Below are positions 59,601-64,000 of a stretch of DNA of 64,000 nucleotides, piece after piece. Made by a program: the position numbers and the translations under genes. Origin of the DNA: an uncultured Poribacteria bacterium (GTDB lineage Bacteria; Poribacteria; WGA-4E; WGA-3G); assembly GCA_951813565.1 (NCBI GenBank), contig OX638351.1, positions 5,362,983-5,426,982 on the forward strand, in the 5' to 3' direction. The number at the start of each line of letters is the position of its first letter. The stretch's first letter is position 1. The notes under the pieces are model-generated. The model was not told the origin of the DNA and ran no database searches. It saw nothing but the letters and a program-made list of their open reading frames with translations.

Positions 59601-60459
59601 TGGGACTGCTCTTGAAGACTACTATCAACGTCAGGGTGAACAGATTTGGGTTTCCCAGATGTTTGGAACATCCTCTCTGATGCGTCTTGAGTTCACGCAG
59701 GAAGACCATGATAACTTGTCGAAATCAACTGACTGGAGTTATCTTGACCGTAACCTTATAAAGCGCGGTAATGCGCGAATTGATCGTGGGCATCTGAAAG
59801 CGATTTCCTTCGGTTATACATTTGATACTCGCGACCAAAAGTCAACCATTACACGTCCGCAGAATCTTGGAAGTTATCTGTTACCTTGGCCAAATGAACG
59901 GACAAGACGTGGATGGCGCGGACATTTGGGAATTGAAATAGCAGGCGCAAGCCTTGGTGGAGAATGGACATTTAACTTGTACAAGTTTGAATTAGTTCGC
60001 TACACCCCTTTGTTTGGGCCGCATCATCTAAATTTTCGACTTTCTGGAGATTATTCGAACGCACCTTTGCCAAGACAACGTCTCCTCTATCTCGGTGGGG
60101 CAACTACCTTGCGCGGATACGGTTTCAACACATTTGCTGGCGATAAACGAATTCTTCTCAATCTCGAATACCGTTTTTTACAAGAGACCCGTATTAACAC
60201 AGACGTAGACGCTGTATTGGGGTGGGCATTGAGTTCTTTTTTTGATATTGGGCAAGTTTGGCAGTCTGATGAAAACCCTTTTTCTGATTTTTCTATAGAA
60301 AAGTTTAAATCCTCAATCGGTGTCGGCGTGTCCTTTTTCATCAGTCCACCGATAGATTTTCAACCTTTGAGTACTTCGATTGAAATTGCCGTTCCTCTCA
60401 ATATTGCGTACTCGTTACGAACACCGAGAATAATTTGGCGCTTGGAACGAATGTTTTAA
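56674..60459 (+). CDS. Omp85/BamA-TamA family outer-membrane protein fused to DUF4097-like and CBM9-like domains
   Basis: GIINGGG-type DUF4097 end; PTIDGNLSE..W / WEDESVEILLD CBM9-like; POTRA IEGN/FTGN; LGG..TLRGY loop; C-terminal F. True start uncertain. Confidence 0.75.
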   Translation: MGISGMLSATYRITSNTISTNFADLYPDTSTRFNLILRLPIKLGYYLFCFFLFGICLSTHPIEAAEDETIDTPHSTFFREQTQNPPLTSSQTFSFDDVYRLELNLDIPGNIRIVAIDNKEGDKGMISVTLEKRVREHNPFLTVLTKNFLENISLTGTKKDGTLQLNSQLPPEADKAILENQSEYEIKKQLHLSYVIMTPPDVSVQLKVKNGNVYIHHLRGKIEIANEMGRVHLDETLGNYQVEVQQGGIHGKILLAPGQNKITTNNGSIDLTVLDELAAPLDLTALGDGIGLLLPDNYAADVELKSEKQRYIINLPSEIDNNVGVINGGGPLLRLTATDAISVLSNPRLRNQSENSKSTSQKELTSTELVQPIPQTAQSPTIDGNLSETAWLNAAALTPFRNPTGTETAENPTDVYLMWDKDKLYIGARAYIQDKQVPRVSQTQLDSPIWEDESVEILLDMNPETEAYLHLVINPIGGLFDQWVQKVGFPNFRFAPSNAQRKTIDDSVEQFKGDSSWTSDAKVATKINTNFWSFEIAIPRKYERKQGIGAWLFNVHRKAQVKSVIGEDLNPTVERKYSYWSPFYDEEYPWWPHWKEGMGTLKLVEDQSPTIESFEVSEKFKVTAVEIEGNNTIPTDVVLEQIPIVPGNTFTNEQLARLIAELENFDWFQKVQLRTVVLGTDEPKSPLDNLSDTFLRDQGSDDIHQGKNQQLPNTEPLEVTVQINVTEAPVKFANKIKINRHRSFPAQFIKNWFDLSPRYFADTNIKLKQRMIADFYVNRGYPFAKVTYEFVNDTLQYNVNEGYLDEIRFTGNRRISHSELTSAINISTEEVYFHSLGQARINQLDKKLSDSNEAFKSIRDWRVQREGGKNVLIVDIEEQPFIKPGWYPILGFNRVHGLVLGAGGTLSTHFTGEEQLFGSVSGGFSSKIWNYSFGVEKSFFKRYPLAMGIGFFKLTDISSNAYRLLPAEANLTAAVYGTALEDYYQRQGEQIWVSQMFGTSSLMRLEFTQEDHDNLSKSTDWSYLDRNLIKRGNARIDRGHLKAISFGYTFDTRDQKSTITRPQNLGSYLLPWPNERTRRGWRGHLGIEIAGASLGGEWTFNLYKFELVRYTPLFGPHHLNFRLSGDYSNAPLPRQRLLYLGGATTLRGYGFNTFAGDKRILLNLEYRFLQETRINTDVDAVLGWALSSFFDIGQVWQSDENPFSDFSIEKFKSSIGVGVSFFISPPIDFQPLSTSIEIAVPLNIAYSLRTPRIIWRLERMF

Positions 60460-60522
60460 TTTTTTAGAGACACCTGAGAATACTCAGGAATGTGCAAAGA
60501 AAGGCATAGAAATAGGCAAAAA

Positions 60523-61608
60523 ATGAAAACAACCCCGCTTTACGAAATCCACCGTAAACTCGGTGCCACTTTTGCAGAAAGACATTCAGGTTGGAATTTG
60601 GTCGCTCATTTTACCGATACTATGTCTGAACATAATGCTATTAGAAGTGATGTCGGAATTACGGATATTTCATACCTTGAGACTCTCAGTTTAACAGGTG
60701 AAGATCGCGCAAAATTTTTGCACCGTCTCATCTCTAATGATGTTGAAGGTCTTTCAGTTGGCGAAGGAAATTACGCTACACTTTTGACGAATCGTGGTAA
60801 AATAATTGCTGATCTAAAAGTATATATATTAGAAGATGCAATTTATATTAGCACTGCACCTGAAAGCACTGAAAATGTGTTCGCGGAATTGGACAAATAT
60901 ATCATTGCAGATGATGTGGAACTATCTATTGAAAAAGATGTTGGGACAATAGCAGTTTACGGACCGAAATCAGCAGAACTCGTTCAATCTGTTTTGGTTA
61001 CTGAGAATCTCAATAGTTTGCCTGAATATCATTCCCGCTATTGTGAGCTTGATACGCAGTGGGTGGTTTGTGTGAGATCAGATGTTGTTGGAGAATGCGG
61101 ATACCATCTTTATACTTCAACTGATACGTTAGAGGAATTATGGGAAAAATTGATGGCTGAAAGACCTGATGTTGTCCCTATCGGATGGGATGCTTTAGAA
61201 TCGCTGAGAATTGAAGCAGGCACACCAAGATATGGAACAGAATTAACCGATTCTGTTATCCCGCTTGAGGCAGAATTAGAACACGCTATAGATTTTGAGA
61301 AAGGGTGTTATATCGGTCAAGAGATAGTGGCACGTATGAAGTATCGTGGACACCCGAACCGGTTGCTGCGCGGAATTGAAATTGACGCGGAACATCCTGT
61401 ACAACAGAATTCGCGTATTTTTAGTGGCGATAAAGATGTTGGATGGATTACAAGTTCTGCCTATTCGCCAACACTTGGAAAACCGATTGCACTCGGTTAC
61501 TTGCGAATGGCTGTTACAGACCCCGGTAGCCAAATTCAAATTGAGGGTAAGGAAGAACGCGTCAGCGGGACAGTTGTTGATCTGCCCTTTTTATCTAACA
61601 GAGTATAA
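60523..61608 (+). CDS. GcvT/YgfZ-family folate-binding aminomethyltransferase
   Basis: KTTPLYEIH, LRIEAG and KGCYIGQE signature. Confidence 0.88.
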   Translation: MKTTPLYEIHRKLGATFAERHSGWNLVAHFTDTMSEHNAIRSDVGITDISYLETLSLTGEDRAKFLHRLISNDVEGLSVGEGNYATLLTNRGKIIADLKVYILEDAIYISTAPESTENVFAELDKYIIADDVELSIEKDVGTIAVYGPKSAELVQSVLVTENLNSLPEYHSRYCELDTQWVVCVRSDVVGECGYHLYTSTDTLEELWEKLMAERPDVVPIGWDALESLRIEAGTPRYGTELTDSVIPLEAELEHAIDFEKGCYIGQEIVARMKYRGHPNRLLRGIEIDAEHPVQQNSRIFSGDKDVGWITSSAYSPTLGKPIALGYLRMAVTDPGSQIQIEGKEERVSGTVVDLPFLSNRV

Positions 61609-61685
61609 TACACGATATTAGTTTTAGAAATTCGGACATGTAATTTTGCAATTACATGTCTGTAAGAAAGGAGGAATCCCGTACA

Positions 61686-62525
61686 ATGGGAAACTCAGAT
61701 TTTGGTAAAATTCTGCTCGGTTTAGATGGTTCCAGTTACGCAGAAGCAGCGAAGGCGTACGCCTGTGAAATTGCACTTGCTTACGATGCCACAATCACTG
61801 GAGTCGCTATCATTGATCTCCCCGGTATTCAATCGATGGGAGGCCCAGTCCCACTCGGTGGCGCACACTATGAGGTGCAACGCGAAGAACATCTGTTAGA
61901 AGAAACACAAGAGAAAGCAAAAGCAATACTTGATGAATTTTCCCAGACTTGTAAATCTCGGAAAATCAAATCTGTCTTACACGCTGATACAGGTAGTCCT
62001 TTCTCTGAGATTATAGAGGAATCCAAATTCCACGATTTTACTGTTATAGGCAAAAAGACTTTTTTCGGATATACTGATCATGAAACCTTTGGCACGCTTG
62101 AGAAGATATTGAAGAATGGACTCACGCCTGTCCTTGCAGTTCCTGATTCGGTCCGAAAAATTGAAAAGGTCCTGGTTACCTATGACAATAGTATACCCGC
62201 AGCAAAGGCTGTTCACATGTTCCTTCTGTTGGGTATTTGGAATGCATGTGATATAACCTTACTCACAGTGAGTGATAGCAATGAAGACGCAGAAAGGCTA
62301 TTGACGGATTTAGGAGATTTTTTTCAGAGTTATGGTATCCAGACGAATCTTGTCACGCGGAGTGGATATCCAGATGCTGAAATAAAAACTTACATTAGCG
62401 AAAATGAAATTGATCTACTTGTGATGGGGGCTTACGGAAGAAAAAGCGTCCGTGAATTCTTTGTCGGCAGTGTTACACAACATCTAATTCAAGAGACAGA
62501 TATACCGCTTTTCCTTTACCATTAG
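61686..62525 (+). CDS. Universal stress protein (tandem Usp domains)
   Basis: ILLGLDGS and DLLVMGAYG...GSVT...PLF. Confidence 0.88.
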   Translation: MGNSDFGKILLGLDGSSYAEAAKAYACEIALAYDATITGVAIIDLPGIQSMGGPVPLGGAHYEVQREEHLLEETQEKAKAILDEFSQTCKSRKIKSVLHADTGSPFSEIIEESKFHDFTVIGKKTFFGYTDHETFGTLEKILKNGLTPVLAVPDSVRKIEKVLVTYDNSIPAAKAVHMFLLLGIWNACDITLLTVSDSNEDAERLLTDLGDFFQSYGIQTNLVTRSGYPDAEIKTYISENEIDLLVMGAYGRKSVREFFVGSVTQHLIQETDIPLFLYH

Positions 62526-62608
62526 TGGAAATTATCTATATCCATTTTGAGGTTAAACTGCGTCTACAATGGGACGCATAACGTTAATAGGAGGTAAATA
62601 CAACACCG

Positions 62609-63517
62609 ATGATATGCAACAAGTTTTATTTTCGGATAATGCTTTTACTTTTACTGTCTATACTCGTAGGTGGGTGTGGTTTAAGCAAGTTATCCAAAAT
62701 TCAACAGGAAAGTGACTTAACGGTGGTAGAAACCACCCTTGAGAAAAACCTTAAGACACTTGAACGGTTAGCAAAGTTAGGAAATAAGTCTCTGGTTGTT
62801 AAGACCGCTCGCGCTTTTTCATCTTATAGCGGATTTCTTGAAGATAGGATGGAAGACGCTGAAATAGCAGGTGACACTGAGACAGCAGAAGAGATGCGTA
62901 CACAAGCAATTGCGCACTACGCACGTTCTGAAATGTACGCGTTCAAAGCACTGGCAAAATCAAATAAATCCTTTAACAAAGCAAGAACTATTGGAATGGA
63001 AGTGTTTGAAAAAATGCTACAGAAAGTGAAAAAGGAAGATGTAGAGCCGCTGTTTTGGGCAGCTTATGCTGTCGGACGCGGTATTAGCCTGCAGAAAGAT
63101 GACCCGATGCAAGTCATTGACCTTGCTCGTGTTGAACTGATGATGCGACGTATCCTTGAATTAGACGAAACCTTTTATTTCGGTAGTGCGCATCTGTTCT
63201 ATGCTGTCTATTATGGTGATCGGTCACCAGCAATTGGAGGCAACCCCGAAAAAGCAAAGGAACACATCAAAAAAGTTGACGAAATTAATGACAATAAATT
63301 CCTAATGAGTAAGTTCTATCTGGCGCGATACTACGCCTATCCAAAACAGGACCTGGAACTTTACAAGAAATCTTTGCAAGAGGTTCTTGATGCCCCAGAT
63401 GACCTGTATCCTGGGGAAGAAGCAGCGACTGCGTTAGCAAAGTCGCGCGCCAAACGTTGGCTTTCTCAGACTGATATACTTTTTGATTTAGAAATGGAAG
63501 AAGGAGAAACTGAATAA
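62609..63517 (+). CDS. TRAP transporter TatT component (TPR lipoprotein)
   Basis: Lipobox VGGC, LDETFYFGSAH and GGNPEKAKEH; coupled (TAATG) to dctP. Confidence 0.8.
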   Translation: MICNKFYFRIMLLLLLSILVGGCGLSKLSKIQQESDLTVVETTLEKNLKTLERLAKLGNKSLVVKTARAFSSYSGFLEDRMEDAEIAGDTETAEEMRTQAIAHYARSEMYAFKALAKSNKSFNKARTIGMEVFEKMLQKVKKEDVEPLFWAAYAVGRGISLQKDDPMQVIDLARVELMMRRILELDETFYFGSAHLFYAVYYGDRSPAIGGNPEKAKEHIKKVDEINDNKFLMSKFYLARYYAYPKQDLELYKKSLQEVLDAPDDLYPGEEAATALAKSRAKRWLSQTDILFDLEMEEGETE

Positions 63518-64000
63518 TGAGGGATAAGAAAACAAGCAATAAAATCCACGCCGCAAGTATTGCGAGCGTGCTTATAGTAATTTTGAGCATGTTCTGTTTA
63601 CCAATGTCTGTTCGCGCTGTTGAGTCTATTAAGTTCGCTACACTTGCACCGAAAGGTTCAACTTGGATGAACAATCTCAATGCAATGGGAAAAGAAATTT
63701 TTACGAAAACAGATAGTCAAATCGAGTTCCGATTCTATGCAAATGGGATTCAGGGTGACGAACTTGATGTTATCCGTAAGATGCGGGCAGGTCTACTTCA
63801 CGCAGGTGCTATGACAGCCACCGGGCTTGGCGAAATACAGAAAGAAGTTCTTATTTTTCAACTACCGAGAATGTTTAAGACTTACGAAGAACTTGATTAT
63901 GTTCGTAACTATCTTCGTGAAGATTTAGATAAAGCCTTTTCAGATGCTGGCTATGTTTTACTTGGAATGGGAGATATAGGCTTCTATTACATTTTTAGCA
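63517..64000 (+). CDS. dctP: TRAP transporter substrate-binding protein DctP/TatP; 3' truncated by window edge
   Basis: Manual translation gives IKFATLAPKGSTW...GIQGDELDVIRKMRAGLLHAG; absent from the ORF track because no stop lies in the window. Confidence 0.85.
   Translation, partial: MRDKKTSNKIHAASIASVLIVILSMFCLPMSVRAVESIKFATLAPKGSTWMNNLNAMGKEIFTKTDSQIEFRFYANGIQGDELDVIRKMRAGLLHAGAMTATGLGEIQKEVLIFQLPRMFKTYEELDYVRNYLREDLDKAFSDAGYVLLGMGDIGFYYIFS

Overview
Bacterial genomic window, mostly about 40-45% GC by eye. It most likely comes from Candidatus Poribacteria or a relative; this is inferred from WD40 proteins with an N-terminal 'LPEGAIARLG' motif, LamG/TolB proteins ending in 'K-x3-TWG-x-IK', and several PhyH and Gfo/Idh/MocA paralogues. 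It holds about 45 genes: a rho-rpmE-prfA-prmC housekeeping block, an actinobacterial-type three-gene succinate dehydrogenase operon, wza/wzc and heptose (hldE kinase, gmhB) genes, sugar-catabolic enzymes, repeat proteins (ankyrin, WD40, TPR), an Omp85 fusion and the start of a TatT-DctP TRAP operon. Mobile and decayed DNA includes one intact-looking IS630 (TIRs, TA duplication, -1 frameshift site), one internally gutted IS4-like element and three toxin-antitoxin/Fic remnants that the ORF track misses or mis-frames. The most unusual signal is intergenic: about 17 copies of a 33-35 bp hairpin unit ending in CGTTGATT(TG). These sit at precise positions inside REP-like palindromes, inside MITE ends and inside each other, forming nested repeat structures. 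No CRISPR array, tRNA, rRNA or reverse transcriptase was seen.
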